A stretch of 64,000 bases of DNA from assembly GCA_014584705.1 (NCBI GenBank), contig JACTMJ010000002.1:74914-138913 (forward strand), written 5' to 3'. The notes beneath the pieces were generated by a model. That model worked only from the letters and a program-made list of their open reading frames with translations. It did no database searches and was not told the origin of the DNA. This stretch comes from Acidobacteriota bacterium. Lineage in GTDB: Bacteria; Acidobacteriota; Terriglobia; Bryobacterales; Bryobacteraceae. Made by a program: the position numbers and the translations under genes. Positions 25,793-36,228 of this stretch are shown piece after piece. How positions within the stretch are numbered: position 1 is the first letter of the stretch; each line of letters opens with the position of its first letter.

Positions 25793-27217
25793 CTATTGAA
25801 GACAGGCTTCCGCCGCTTGCTGCCCCGTGCGCACGCAATCGGGGATGCCGATGCCTTCATACGCATTCCCCGCCAGGTAGACGCCCGGCACCGTACGCAT
25901 GCGATCCTGGATTTCCGCGATTCTCCGTGCATGCCCCACTTCGTACTGTGCCATCGCTCGCCGCCAGCGAAAGACCCGAACCGCCTTTGGCGTCGCGGAC
26001 AACCCCGTCAGCCGTTTCAGATCGGCGAGGACGGCCTCCACCAGCGAGCCATCGTCCTTGAGACGCGCATCGCATGCAGCGGCATTCCCAACGAAGCAGC
26101 GGAGCAGCGCGCTGCCGGGGCGAACCCGATAATCGAACTTGTTTTGCACGTAAGTGGCGGCTACCATCGTCTGGCGTTCGCGGCGGGGAACCAGGAAACC
26201 GAATCCTTCGGGCGGACGGCGAAGGTCGGCCATCTCGAAGCGCAGCGCCACGGTAGCCGAACTATTGTAAGGAATCTGATTCAGCAGACCGGCCGCGACG
26301 GGTTCCAGGCTGCCCAGGAGAGCAGCGGCGGCGTAGGCCGGGGTCGCGAGGATCACGCGAGCGGCTTCGAACAAACCGGCGCTCGTCCGTATCCGGAAGC
26401 CGCCCTCCACCGGCTCCAAGACTTCCACCTGGCTTCCCAGGTGGAACTGATCCGCGCCGATCACCCCAACGAGGCGATCAACGAGAGAACCCATCCCATC
26501 CTTGAGCGCCCGGAAAATTGGCCCGGCGGGCTGGTTCCCCGCGGCCGGGGCGGCACGTTTGCGCTTCTCGGCCAGCACGCCGCGCGAGAGGCTTCCGTAC
26601 TTGCGCTCCAGTTCCACGAATCGGCCCAGCACGCTCGATGCGCTCATCCGCTCCGGGTCTCCGCCATAGACTCCGGCGAGCAACGGCTCGGCCAGATAAT
26701 CCACCGCTTCCTGGCCGTAGTGATCGTGGAAGAAATCGGCAACGGACACATCGTCGGGGCGAGGTTTTGCTGACGCGGTCCGAAACAGCTCTAGCCCCAT
26801 GCGAAGCTTCGTCGGCCAGCTCAGCAGGCGGGTGCCGACCATGGGCATCACCTTGGTGGGCACCATCATCAGCAGGCCGTCGGGCATGGGAACCAGACGC
26901 CCGTTTCGAACGATATAGGTCTTGCGCTGGTGGTCGTTTGACCCGATCAGATCGCCGGCCATGCCCAGTTCGCGGATCAGCGCGGTGGCCCATGGCTTTT
27001 GCGCGAGGTAACTATCCGGGCCGCCCTCCACCAGACATTCATCGACGTGAGCCGTTTCGAGGACGCCGCCCGCGCGCGGACGCGCATCAAACAGAACGGG
27101 CTCCCAACCGGCCTTCTTCAGGGTGTAGGCCGCACTGAGACCCGAAATGCCAGCCCCCACGATCGCCACCCGCTTCGAGGGAGAGCCACTGTTGGAGCCC
27201 GCCGTTGCCTGTGCCAT
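25793..27217 (-). CDS. hemY: protoporphyrinogen/coproporphyrinogen III oxidase (HemY/CgoX family, FAD-dependent)
   Basis: 474 aa with the dinucleotide-binding motif VAIVGAGISGLSAAYTL. HemY-family length and C-terminus. Adjacent to hemE. Confidence 0.9.
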   Translation of the reverse strand: MAQATAGSNSGSPSKRVAIVGAGISGLSAAYTLKKAGWEPVLFDARPRAGGVLETAHVDECLVEGGPDSYLAQKPWATALIRELGMAGDLIGSNDHQRKTYIVRNGRLVPMPDGLLMMVPTKVMPMVGTRLLSWPTKLRMGLELFRTASAKPRPDDVSVADFFHDHYGQEAVDYLAEPLLAGVYGGDPERMSASSVLGRFVELERKYGSLSRGVLAEKRKRAAPAAGNQPAGPIFRALKDGMGSLVDRLVGVIGADQFHLGSQVEVLEPVEGGFRIRTSAGLFEAARVILATPAYAAAALLGSLEPVAAGLLNQIPYNSSATVALRFEMADLRRPPEGFGFLVPRRERQTMVAATYVQNKFDYRVRPGSALLRCFVGNAAACDARLKDDGSLVEAVLADLKRLTGLSATPKAVRVFRWRRAMAQYEVGHARRIAEIQDRMRTVPGVYLAGNAYEGIGIPDCVRTGQQAAEACLQ

Positions 27218-27232
27218 TACCGCCGTCGCCCG

Positions 27233-28282
27233 CTAATCGCGGCCCTGAGGCTTGAACTCGCGCACCATCTGGACGACCGCCTTCACATTCTCGACGGGCG
27301 TTTCGGGAAGGATTCCATGGCCGAGATTGAAGATATGGCCGGGGCGCGAACCAGTTCGCTTCAACAACTCCGTCACTTTCTCCTTGAGTTCCGGAAGCGG
27401 AGCGAAAAGCGCGCTGGGGTCGAGATTGCCCATGATGGCGGAACGATAGCTGATATCGCTCCAGACCTGATCAATGTTCACGCGCCAATCGACGCCGATC
27501 ACGTCCCCGCCCGCGGCGTGAAGTTCCCGGAAGAATCCGGCCGCGCCGGTACCGAAGTGGATGACGGGCACCCCGGCGGAGCGGATTCGCTCAATGAGAG
27601 CGCGCGAGTACGGAGCGACGTAGCGGACGTAATCGTCCGGCCCAAGCGCCCCAACCCAGCTATCAAAGACCTGGATGCAGCGCGCGCCGGATGCCACCTG
27701 CAACACGGCAAAGGGGCCAACCACATCCACGATCTTGCCCATCAATCTTCGCCAGAGCGTTTCATTGCCATACATCAGCCGCTTCGTATTGAGGAACGTG
27801 CGTGAAGCGCCGCCCTCAATCATGTAGCTGGCGATGGTAAAGGGTGCGCCGACAAAGCCCAGCAAGGGGATCTTGTTGTCGAGCGCCGCTGTCGCCTTCC
27901 GAATCGCTTCCCCCACATAGCCGAGTTCGTCGGTATTCGAAATGGAGAGGCTGTCCACGTCGGCCATCGAGCGCACCGGATTGTCGATGACGGGGCCTTC
28001 CCCGGCGACAAACTGGAGCTTCAGGCCCATCGGCTCCACCGGCAGCAGCAAATCCGCGAAAATGATGGCCGCATCGACGTCGAGAGCGTTGATCGGCTGC
28101 AGGGTCACTTCGGCCGCGAGTTCCGGATTCTTGCATATCTCGAGGATGGTGTGATGGCGGCGAATTTCGCGGTACTGCGGCATATAGCGCCCCGCTTGCC
28201 GCATAAACCACACGGGTCGCACGTCGGTGGGACGCCGCCGGCAGGCATCCAACAATCGATTATTCACGGTAGCCAAGCGCAT
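27233..28282 (-). CDS. hemE: uroporphyrinogen decarboxylase
   Basis: PVWFMRQAGRYMPQYREI and the overall 349-aa URO-D fold signature. Confidence 0.95.
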   Translation of the reverse strand: MRLATVNNRLLDACRRRPTDVRPVWFMRQAGRYMPQYREIRRHHTILEICKNPELAAEVTLQPINALDVDAAIIFADLLLPVEPMGLKLQFVAGEGPVIDNPVRSMADVDSLSISNTDELGYVGEAIRKATAALDNKIPLLGFVGAPFTIASYMIEGGASRTFLNTKRLMYGNETLWRRLMGKIVDVVGPFAVLQVASGARCIQVFDSWVGALGPDDYVRYVAPYSRALIERIRSAGVPVIHFGTGAAGFFRELHAAGGDVIGVDWRVNIDQVWSDISYRSAIMGNLDPSALFAPLPELKEKVTELLKRTGSRPGHIFNLGHGILPETPVENVKAVVQMVREFKPQGRD

Positions 28283-29319
28283 GAAGGTTCCGCCTTATCC
28301 TCGCAATAGAACACTCGAAAATCTTTTCGTTTGTGGGCTTCCGCCCAGGCCTTACCCAGAATGAAGTAAGGCTTGGCCCAGACCTCGCTGTCAAGCGTGC
28401 TGGGCGACAGAATGGACACCGACAAGGCGCCTTGCGCGGGCATGCCCGTGCGGGGATCCATGATATGACTGTAGACTACCCCGTCCACTTTGAAAAACTT
28501 CTCGTAACTTCCGGAAGTGGACATGGACTGGTCTTTCAAATAAACGGTCTCGACGGTACGCTCCGGGTGCTTCGGATCGCGAAGGTTCACCTTCCATCCT
28601 CTTGGCTCTCCCGGCGGCGCGCCGATCGCGTAGATGCTGCTGGTCGAAGCCGAGATGAGGGCCGCGCTTACTTTGTACTGACGGATCCTGCTGACGAGAC
28701 GGTCAACCGCATAGCCTTTCCCAACGCCACCGGCATCCAATTCAACCCCCGGCTTGCGAAATGCAATCGTGCGCCGTTCTGGGTCTAAGACTATATTTTC
28801 AAAGCCCACCTTGTCCAGAGCTTCGCGAATTTCCCTCTTGGTGGGGATTTTTCCCGTGCCTTTGTAGAAGCCCCAGACCTTCATTAGCGGGCCGACCGTG
28901 ATGTCGAAGGCGCCCTCGCTTTCGCGGCTGTAACGAAGGCAGGTCGCGATGAGATCGAACAGTTCGGGCGAAACGCGCTGGGGGCTGCCGGCGGCAAGCC
29001 GGTTAAGCTGGCTGAGTTCGCTGCCGGGTTTGTAATTGGAGAGCAAATCGTCGATGCGCCGCACCTCCTCAAACGAGGCATCCAGGATGGCTTCGAGGTT
29101 TTGCGGGTCTTCTCCATAGGCGGCAATCGTGTAGGTTGTGCCCATGGCCTGAAGACTCTTCTCCACTCGCATTAGCGGGCGATGGGCCGGGGGATGCGTC
29201 GCCGCACCGTGCCTCGGCGCTTGCCGCCGGGCGCTGGCGAACACGGAATGGCCGAAAGTTGCCGCCATGACGGAAAGCGCCGACACAAGGAGGATGCGGA
29301 AGGCCCTCGGACGCATCAT
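28264..29319 (-). CDS. apbE: FAD:protein FMN transferase (ApbE family), exported
   Basis: Signal peptide. ApbE motifs AMGTTYTIAAYG, FDITVGPLMKVWGF, LDAGGVGKGYAVD, MSTSGSYEKFF. Confidence 0.9.
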   Translation of the reverse strand: MMRPRAFRILLVSALSVMAATFGHSVFASARRQAPRHGAATHPPAHRPLMRVEKSLQAMGTTYTIAAYGEDPQNLEAILDASFEEVRRIDDLLSNYKPGSELSQLNRLAAGSPQRVSPELFDLIATCLRYSRESEGAFDITVGPLMKVWGFYKGTGKIPTKREIREALDKVGFENIVLDPERRTIAFRKPGVELDAGGVGKGYAVDRLVSRIRQYKVSAALISASTSSIYAIGAPPGEPRGWKVNLRDPKHPERTVETVYLKDQSMSTSGSYEKFFKVDGVVYSHIMDPRTGMPAQGALSVSILSPSTLDSEVWAKPYFILGKAWAEAHKRKDFRVFYCEDKAEPSCAWLP

Positions 29320-29732
29320 CGCGCGCCTGCTTTGCCGGGGTCGGAGGGGTCCGCGGCGGTATCGACCTGCGCCGCCTCCAGACGACGACGCCAGTCCCGC
29401 GCCCTCTTGAGCAGCGATTCCATACGCTCGTTGGAAGCCGTGCCGGTATCAGAAACAAAGCGCAGTTCGGGCGCCTGGCGCAGCGCGAGACGGCTCGCCA
29501 ATTGACGGCGAAGATACCCGGCGGCTCTCCCGAGGGCGGTGAGCGTAGCATCCCGATGTTGGTCGTCGCCCTCGATCCGCACGAGGATGTCGGCCTTCTT
29601 GCCGTCCGGGGAAAGGTGAACGCCGGTGATGCCGAGCAGCGCTATTTTGGGGTCGGCAAGTTCATAAAGAACGAGTTCCGAGAGTTCTTCCCGGATCGCG
29701 TCCGCGACCCGTAGCTGTCTGCGTTCGTCCAT
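29316..29732 (-). CDS. rbfA: ribosome-binding factor A
   Basis: RVADAIREELSELVLYELADPKI...ITGVHLSPDGKKADILV...LRQAPELRFVSD. Positioned downstream of infB. Confidence 0.93.
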   Translation of the reverse strand: MDERRQLRVADAIREELSELVLYELADPKIALLGITGVHLSPDGKKADILVRIEGDDQHRDATLTALGRAAGYLRRQLASRLALRQAPELRFVSDTGTASNERMESLLKRARDWRRRLEAAQVDTAADPSDPGKAGAR

Positions 29733-29738
29733 GGCGGG

Positions 29739-30035
29739 TTAATCGATCCACTCCAGATTCGCGCGGATCAAGCCGCCGGTGAGATGGTCCGCCGCCATTT
29801 GCTCCACGCGAAGCATTGTATTTTCCGCTATCCGCCGGCTGCTTGCCACCGTTACTACTGCCAATTCCGCCAGTTGCCACTGGCCCTGAAAATCCGTTTC
29901 CGCAACCGAGACGTTGAAGCGGCTGCGCAGACGGTCTTTGAGACTCTTCAGCACCTGTCGCTTGTCCTTGAGAGATTGCGCGTGCTCAATGCGAATTTCG
30001 AGGATGAGCGCCGCAATGGAAACCATAGCCGCCAC
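29739..30035 (-). CDS. DUF503 (YlxP-like) protein
   Basis: 98 aa. LEIRIEHAQSLKDKRQVLKSLKDRLRSRFNVSVAE. Conserved position between infB and rbfA. Confidence 0.85.
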   Translation of the reverse strand: MAAMVSIAALILEIRIEHAQSLKDKRQVLKSLKDRLRSRFNVSVAETDFQGQWQLAELAVVTVASSRRIAENTMLRVEQMAADHLTGGLIRANLEWID

Positions 30036-30071
30036 CCGCGCGCCTCGCGCGAATTGCCGGAAAGAAGCGCT

Positions 30072-33000
30072 CTACGCGAACGCCTCCACTTGCACCCGCT
30101 CCCGGACGAAGGCCTCAATGATGTCGCCTGGCTTGACGTCGTTGTAGTTCTCGATACCGATGCCGCACTCCAAGTTCGTGCGCACTTCGCTTGCATCGTC
30201 CTTGAACCGTTTGAGCGAGCCAATCTTACCGGTGAATACAACTGTATTGTCGCGGAGCAGCCGCACCTGCGAATCTCTGGTGATGGTGCCTTCCACCACA
30301 AGGCAACCCGCGATGGTGCCCACCTTGGTGATGCGGAAGACATCCCTCACTTCGGCCCGTCCGCGGAACACTTCCTTGTAAACAGGTTCCAGCATGCCCG
30401 TCATCGCCTGCTTCACTTCGTCGGTGAGTTCGTAGATGATGGAATGCAGCCGGATATCGACATCTTCCTGCTCCGCGAGCGCGATGGCGTTCTTGTCGGG
30501 CCGGACGTTGAAGCCTACGACGATCGCGTTCGACGCCGAAGCGAGCAGCACGTCCGATTCGTTGATCGCGCCGACGCCTGAGAGGATCACGCGGAGCCGT
30601 ACCTTGTCGTTCGAAAGCTTCTCGAGGGTCTCCGCCACCACCTCGGCAGTGCCGCCCACATCCGCCTTCAGGACGATGAGCAGTTCCTTGATCTCGCCTT
30701 CGCGCAGCGTTGTGTGGAAGCGCTCCAGCGTGACCTTGCTGCTCTTGGCCATCTGAATCTCTCGGGCCTTCGATTCGCGGTAGAGCGCGATTTGCTTGGC
30801 CTTGGCCGTGTCCGTGACCACCTGAAGGGTGTCCCCGACCTCCGGCACCGATTCGAGGCCGAGAACTTCCACGGGCATGGAAGGTCCGGCCTCTTTGACC
30901 GGATTTCCCCGGTCGTCGAACATCGCGCGCACACGCCCGAACACCGGGCCGCAAATATAGTGGTCGCCGGCGCGAAGCGTTCCGTCGCGAACAATGACGG
31001 TGGCCACGGGTCCGCGGCCTTTGTCCAATTGCGCTTCGAGCACGGTTGCGAGAGCCGGTCGCGCGGGGTTCGCCTTAAGCTCGAGGATCTCCGCGGAAAG
31101 CAGAATCATTTCAAGCAGGAGGTCCAGGTTGGTGCCGGCTTTGGCGGAGACCGGAACGGTAACCGTATCGCCGCCCCAGTCTTCCGGCATCAAGCCTCGC
31201 TCCGTGAGCTGCTGCTTGATGCGGTCGAGCTGCACATTCGGCTTGTCGATCTTGTTGATCGCGACGATGATCGGCACCGAGGCGGCTTTGGCGTGATTGA
31301 TCGCTTCGTCCGTCTGCGGCATGATACCGTCGTCCGCCGCCACCACCAGGACCACAATGTCGGTCACCTTGGCGCCGCGCGCCCGCATGCGTGTGAACGC
31401 GGCGTGGCCCGGCGTATCCACGAAAACGATCTTCTTCCCGTTCTTCTCGACGTAATAGGCGCCGATATGCTGCGTAATGCCGCCCGCTTCCCGGTCGGCC
31501 ACGTTGGTGGCGCGAATGGCATCGAGAAGAGAGGTTTTCCCATGGTCCACGTGACCCATGATGGTCACTACCGGCGGACGCTCCTCGCGGTCTCCCTCCA
31601 CCTCGGTCTCGACGATATCCTGGACGCTTTCCTGCTCGTAGCTCATCTGCTTGATCGAAGCCCCGAATGCGCGGGACATCTCTTCGGCAAGTTTGGCGTC
31701 GAGCGTCTGGTTGATGGTGGCAAAGACCTTCTTATCGAGGAGCTTCTTGATCACCATGCTGGCCTTCACGCCCAGCTTCTCGGAAAGCTCCTTCACCGTA
31801 ATCCCCTCGGCGACGGTGATCTCGCGGGTGATGGGCGGCGGCGCCTCGGCTTCGCGCCGGCGCGCCGGGCGAAACGCGAGTTCTTTCTCTTCGAATTCCT
31901 GGCGGCGTCCGCGGTCGGCGGCGCGTTTTCCCGCAGCGGGCTTGCGGCCCGGCGCGGCGGGCGCCGGCGCAACGTCGGGCAAAAGCGGCGCGGAGGTGGG
32001 ATGCATCCCGCGCCCGCGCGCGGCAATGCCGGGGCCGGACATGGGCCGGCCGGGAACACGCCCCCGGTCCATCGGCTGACCGGGCCGCACGGGGCCGGCA
32101 TAGATCGGTTCTCCCGGTCTCGGGCGGGGCGCTCCGGGGCGCTGCACGGGCGTCGCCGGGTTTGGACGCATCTGCTTGAGACGCTCCACCATTTCCGGCG
32201 TGGGCGGAACGATGGGCCGCGCCACCTGCCGGCTCGCCGCCGCTGGGCGATTCGGAACCGGCGGTCGCGCCGGGCCCGGAGCGGGACGAAGAGCGCCTTC
32301 GGACATTCGCAGCCGTCGCACCGCGTCTTGTCCGGCGATGGGCTCCCCAGGCTTAAGGCCGGGAAGCGCCTGGCCGGGCGCAACCACTTTGTTCGGCGGC
32401 GTCACCGCCAGACCGGATGTCTGGGCGGGAACGGACCTCAAAATCTCTCCCGGCCGCAATTCCGGTTTCCGCGGCTCGCCGGGCCTGGCGGCAAGGGGTT
32501 CCGGGGAAGCGGGCGCCGGCATCGCCGGGGGCGCGGGGGTACGGCGATGCTCCGGGCTCAGCGGCGCAGCGGGGATTGCGGACGCCGGCGCCTTCGGCCG
32601 TTCCGCCCGGGTGACCGGCGGCGGCAACAGGTCGGCGGCCGAGGGGCGCTCCGGCGTCGTCTCTTCCGCGGGTGGCGGCGCTGGCGCGGGAACTCCCGGC
32701 AGCGGTGGCGCAGCCGATACCGTTGGCCCGGGCAGCGCGGGCGGCGCGGAGGGCGCTTCCGTCACGCTCGGAGCCTCAGCTCGCTCCTCCACGGCTGTTC
32801 GCACTTCCTTCTCGTCGTCGTGCCGGAAAGGAGAAACCTTCGCGTCCACGACCCGCGCCTTGAGAGGCGGCGGGAGCAATGAACCCGCGCCGACACTTCG
32901 CCGGCTCGATTCGTGCTCCGTGTCCGCACCGCCAAGCGGAGGCGTGATCGGCGACGACGGGCGGCGCAATGGGGGCGGCAGAGGCGGCGCGATGGGCCGG

Positions 33001-33614
33001 TCTTTCCCTTTACTGGAGATAGGAGGGGGGAGCGTGGGCACAGATTTTCGGGTTTCCGTCTTAGTTAAGGGCTGTTGACCGGACGTTGCCGCCGGGGACG
33101 AAGAGAGGGGACGCGCGTTGCCGGTAACGACTTCGTGAACTCCGCCTGTCGCTGTCGCGGGAGCGGGCTGGCTCGCGGACGGCGCCGGAGCCTTGCCTCC
33201 CGCCGTCCCGCGGGATGCCTCAGGAAGGGGAGCGGTAACCGTCGGAGGGGAAACGGTGCGCGGAGCCGTGAGAGGAGGGGATGCTTTCAGCGTCCGCTCC
33301 CGCTCCTCGGGAACGGAAACCGGCGACCCGGAAGTCGCGGACGCCACTTTCGCGGCCTGTTCCGCTTCGGGCGCACTCCCTGGCGCCGCCACTGCTTCGA
33401 GCTTGCCGGAAGGCGGTTCCGCGGCGGCGGAACCACGATCATTCGAGCCGCCCTGCCCGGAGAGACGTTCCCGCACAATTTCCGCCAGTTCCGGTTCAAT
33501 GGTGCTGGAATGCGTCTTCTTATCCTCCACACCAAGTTCCGGCAGCAAGTCGAGGATGACTCCCGGCTTTACTTCCAGCTCGCGAGCGAGCTCGTTAATC
33601 CTCATCTTCGACAT
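30072..33614 (-). CDS. infB: translation initiation factor IF-2 with a very long Pro/Ala-rich N-terminal region
   Basis: The canonical IF-2 N-terminus [15 protein letters not shown] starts at ATG 33614; the ORF is open back to TTG 33689. GTPase motifs [17 protein letters not shown] and NKID are present, with a full C-terminal domain set. Confidence 0.97.
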   Translation of the reverse strand: MSKMRINELARELEVKPGVILDLLPELGVEDKKTHSSTIEPELAEIVRERLSGQGGSNDRGSAAAEPPSGKLEAVAAPGSAPEAEQAAKVASATSGSPVSVPEERERTLKASPPLTAPRTVSPPTVTAPLPEASRGTAGGKAPAPSASQPAPATATGGVHEVVTGNARPLSSSPAATSGQQPLTKTETRKSVPTLPPPISSKGKDRPIAPPLPPPLRRPSSPITPPLGGADTEHESSRRSVGAGSLLPPPLKARVVDAKVSPFRHDDEKEVRTAVEERAEAPSVTEAPSAPPALPGPTVSAAPPLPGVPAPAPPPAEETTPERPSAADLLPPPVTRAERPKAPASAIPAAPLSPEHRRTPAPPAMPAPASPEPLAARPGEPRKPELRPGEILRSVPAQTSGLAVTPPNKVVAPGQALPGLKPGEPIAGQDAVRRLRMSEGALRPAPGPARPPVPNRPAAASRQVARPIVPPTPEMVERLKQMRPNPATPVQRPGAPRPRPGEPIYAGPVRPGQPMDRGRVPGRPMSGPGIAARGRGMHPTSAPLLPDVAPAPAAPGRKPAAGKRAADRGRRQEFEEKELAFRPARRREAEAPPPITREITVAEGITVKELSEKLGVKASMVIKKLLDKKVFATINQTLDAKLAEEMSRAFGASIKQMSYEQESVQDIVETEVEGDREERPPVVTIMGHVDHGKTSLLDAIRATNVADREAGGITQHIGAYYVEKNGKKIVFVDTPGHAAFTRMRARGAKVTDIVVLVVAADDGIMPQTDEAINHAKAASVPIIVAINKIDKPNVQLDRIKQQLTERGLMPEDWGGDTVTVPVSAKAGTNLDLLLEMILLSAEILELKANPARPALATVLEAQLDKGRGPVATVIVRDGTLRAGDHYICGPVFGRVRAMFDDRGNPVKEAGPSMPVEVLGLESVPEVGDTLQVVTDTAKAKQIALYRESKAREIQMAKSSKVTLERFHTTLREGEIKELLIVLKADVGGTAEVVAETLEKLSNDKVRLRVILSGVGAINESDVLLASASNAIVVGFNVRPDKNAIALAEQEDVDIRLHSIIYELTDEVKQAMTGMLEPVYKEVFRGRAEVRDVFRITKVGTIAGCLVVEGTITRDSQVRLLRDNTVVFTGKIGSLKRFKDDASEVRTNLECGIGIENYNDVKPGDIIEAFVRERVQVEAFA

Positions 33615-33765
33615 AATCGTGGCGGCTGGTCTGTCCGCTGGGGCGTCATCGTGGTGCAAGAGCGAGTCGCTCTTGCTGGATGACGTCAAACTCCCTCTCT
33701 TTGCTGATGTTAGACGCCTCGGCTAATCCCTTATCGTACCAGAATCCCCTAATTTCCAGAGAGCT

Positions 33766-35364
33766 TCATTCGGATTCCGGAATAGTTTCAGCCGATTCTG
33801 AAACAATCTCACTGGCGATTGTTTCAGCGTTCCTTGCATCATCCTGAATTTCGGTTGACGCCAACACGGGGGAGACGCTCTCCGTTTCCACATTGCCCGA
33901 CGCGGAAATATCCGCATCGGTGGCGGCACTGGAATCCGGCGCAACCTCCGGATTCGACGCCGCTTCGGCTTCCGCTTCCCCGGAGGATTCCGTCTCCTGG
34001 CCGAAATTGCTCGGGAACAGATGAGCGAGCGGATCGTGGGCTGGCGACTTTACCGGCGCGGACTCCCGGCTCTCCGGCTGAGCGGCCAGCACAGCCGCCT
34101 CAAACTGGCTGTAGTAACTCAGTACGGCGGACTGGATCATCGTCATGTACTCTTCCATCATGTCCGGAATACGGGCGAGTTGCTCCGGGGTCATCGCGCC
34201 CAGGTTCTCCACCGTGCCCACGCCATTGCGGACCAGCATATTCAGGAGCACTTCCGGCAGGCCGTGGTTGAGCAGCACAGAGACCGGATCGCCCGGCACC
34301 ACCAGGTTCGACATCTCCATTTCCACTTCCTGGCGCTTTTCTTCCTGGCTCTTGATGTCGATGCGCCAGCCCAGCAACTTCGCGGCCAGGCGAACATTCT
34401 GCCCCTTCTTGCCGATCGCAAGGGAAAGCTGCGTGTCGTCGACAATTACTTCCATGTGGCGGAGTTCCGCATCCACGATCGCCACGCGGGTGATCTTTGC
34501 CGGGCTCAGCGCGTTGGTGGCAAAGGTCTTGGGATCTTCGGAATACTCGATGATGTCGATCTTCTCCCCGCGAAGTTCGCGGATGATCGATTGCACGCGC
34601 ATGCCCTTCATGCCGACGCAGGCGCCGACGGCGTCCACGTCCCGGTCATTGCTCTGAACGGCGATTTTGGTGCGCTCCCCTGCCTCCCGCGCACAGGCCT
34701 TTACGACAACGGTGCCATCGTAGATTTCCGGCACTTCCTGCTCAAAAAGCCGGACGACAAACTCGGGATCGGCACGGGAAACAATCACGCCCGGCGTCTT
34801 GCCGGATTTCTCCACGGCCTTGATGATGACGCGGATCCGGTCGCCCATCGAAAAGCCTTCCAGCCGGGATTGCTCGCGCTTCGGCAATCTGGCCTCGCTC
34901 TTCCCGATATCCACCACCATATCCGGACCTTCGATCCGCTTCACGACGCCCGGGACCATCTCGCCGATGCGGTCGTTGAAATCCCGGAACACGGTTTCCC
35001 GCTCCGCCTCGCGGATCTTCTGCATAATCACTTGTTTGGCGGTCTGCGCGGCGATGCGTCCAAGACCGTCGGTCGCCTTGGCGATCCGAATTTCCCCGCC
35101 AATTTCGGCATTGGGGTCGAGCAGGCGCGCCTTCTCGACCGTCAACTGGTTGAGAGGGTCTTCAACGGATTCCACAACATGCTTGACAACAAAAATCTGA
35201 AGCTCGCCGGTCTTGGGGTCAAAGTCGGCGGCCATGTCTTCCTGCGTCTTAAACTGCTTGCGCGCCGCCACCAGCATGGCGTCCCGTACGGCATCGAGCA
35301 CAATCTGGCTGTCGATGCCCTTCTCCTTGCTGATCATGTCGATACTGGTAAGCAGATTTGTCAC
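33766..35364 (-). CDS. nusA: transcription termination/antitermination factor NusA with acidic C-terminal tail
   Basis: N-terminal, S1 and KH1/KH2 modules are recognisable (MISKEKGID..., RIKAVEKSG..., IDIIEYSEDP...). 532 aa. Confidence 0.97.
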   Translation of the reverse strand: MTNLLTSIDMISKEKGIDSQIVLDAVRDAMLVAARKQFKTQEDMAADFDPKTGELQIFVVKHVVESVEDPLNQLTVEKARLLDPNAEIGGEIRIAKATDGLGRIAAQTAKQVIMQKIREAERETVFRDFNDRIGEMVPGVVKRIEGPDMVVDIGKSEARLPKREQSRLEGFSMGDRIRVIIKAVEKSGKTPGVIVSRADPEFVVRLFEQEVPEIYDGTVVVKACAREAGERTKIAVQSNDRDVDAVGACVGMKGMRVQSIIRELRGEKIDIIEYSEDPKTFATNALSPAKITRVAIVDAELRHMEVIVDDTQLSLAIGKKGQNVRLAAKLLGWRIDIKSQEEKRQEVEMEMSNLVVPGDPVSVLLNHGLPEVLLNMLVRNGVGTVENLGAMTPEQLARIPDMMEEYMTMIQSAVLSYYSQFEAAVLAAQPESRESAPVKSPAHDPLAHLFPSNFGQETESSGEAEAEAASNPEVAPDSSAATDADISASGNVETESVSPVLASTEIQDDARNAETIASEIVSESAETIPESE

Positions 35365-35444
35365 GGTCTTCCGTCCTCTCCCGTTTCCCTATGATTTTCA
35401 GAGGGAACCGGCGTTAGTTGATTTTCGGGGAAAGGGCGATGGCG

Positions 35445-35912
35445 TCAGTGCCAATCGAACTTCAGATGAGCCCGCGCGATTTCATCGAGCCGCGCGGCAA
35501 TACTTAGCGTGGGCGAAACCTCTACCGTGATTTCACCAGGAAGTCCGGCGCGGAGCACGCCCTCGAAAGTTTTTCGGCCATTTCGGGCTTCCTTAAGCAC
35601 GATCTTGACTTTTTCTCCGGAGAATCGGTCAAAGTCTTTTTGTCTGAACAGCTTACGTTCCACCCCAGGGGACGAAACCTCTAACTTGTAGCTTCCCCCG
35701 GGCATGACATCTTCCACATCCAGCACGGTCCCTAACTGCTGGGAAATGAACTCACAATCGTTCAGAGTCACTCCGGACGGCTTATCGATCGTTACCCGGA
35801 GCATGCGGCTCTTGCCGCCTCCCAGCACCTCCACCTCCACCACTTCCAGACCTTCGGACTCGGCGATGCGTTCCGCGATCGTGTGGATTCTCTGTGCCAG
35901 CGAAGATTCCAT
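35445..35912 (-). CDS. rimP: ribosome maturation factor RimP
   Basis: Start at ATG 35912 (MESSLAQRIHTIAERIAESEGLEVVEVEV). Located upstream of nusA. The longest ORF, to 36002, is probably a run-on. Confidence 0.9.
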   Translation of the reverse strand: MESSLAQRIHTIAERIAESEGLEVVEVEVLGGGKSRMLRVTIDKPSGVTLNDCEFISQQLGTVLDVEDVMPGGSYKLEVSSPGVERKLFRQKDFDRFSGEKVKIVLKEARNGRKTFEGVLRAGLPGEITVEVSPTLSIAARLDEIARAHLKFDWH

Positions 35913-36228
35913 AAGCTTCCGTTGCAACAGCCAGATCTGGTTCGAAGCGCTCCTTTCACCAATAAAAAAGTGGGCCGAGGCCCACTTTCGCTTCAAGCCC
36001 ATGATAACGCAGTCTCGCGGCTATTGAAACCCTCCCGGGCCTCCTCTTTGGAGCGTATCATCGCATTGCCGCTCCGGGCGCGTGAGATTTGGGGCGCAAT
36101 TCCGCCTGTGTTCTTTGATACATTGCAGATGTCCCGCTGCACTTGCCCGCAGCGAACTTTGAACAGAACGCGTCTGATTCAGATGAGAGTGTATGCAATC
36201 GCGGGAAGGCCGCGGAAGGAGAAGCCCC

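Noticed and set aside
30714-32882. 722-aa plus-strand ORF
   Set aside because: It is antisense to infB, inside the Pro/Ala-rich linker and G-domain. The product is Arg/Gly-rich nonsense.
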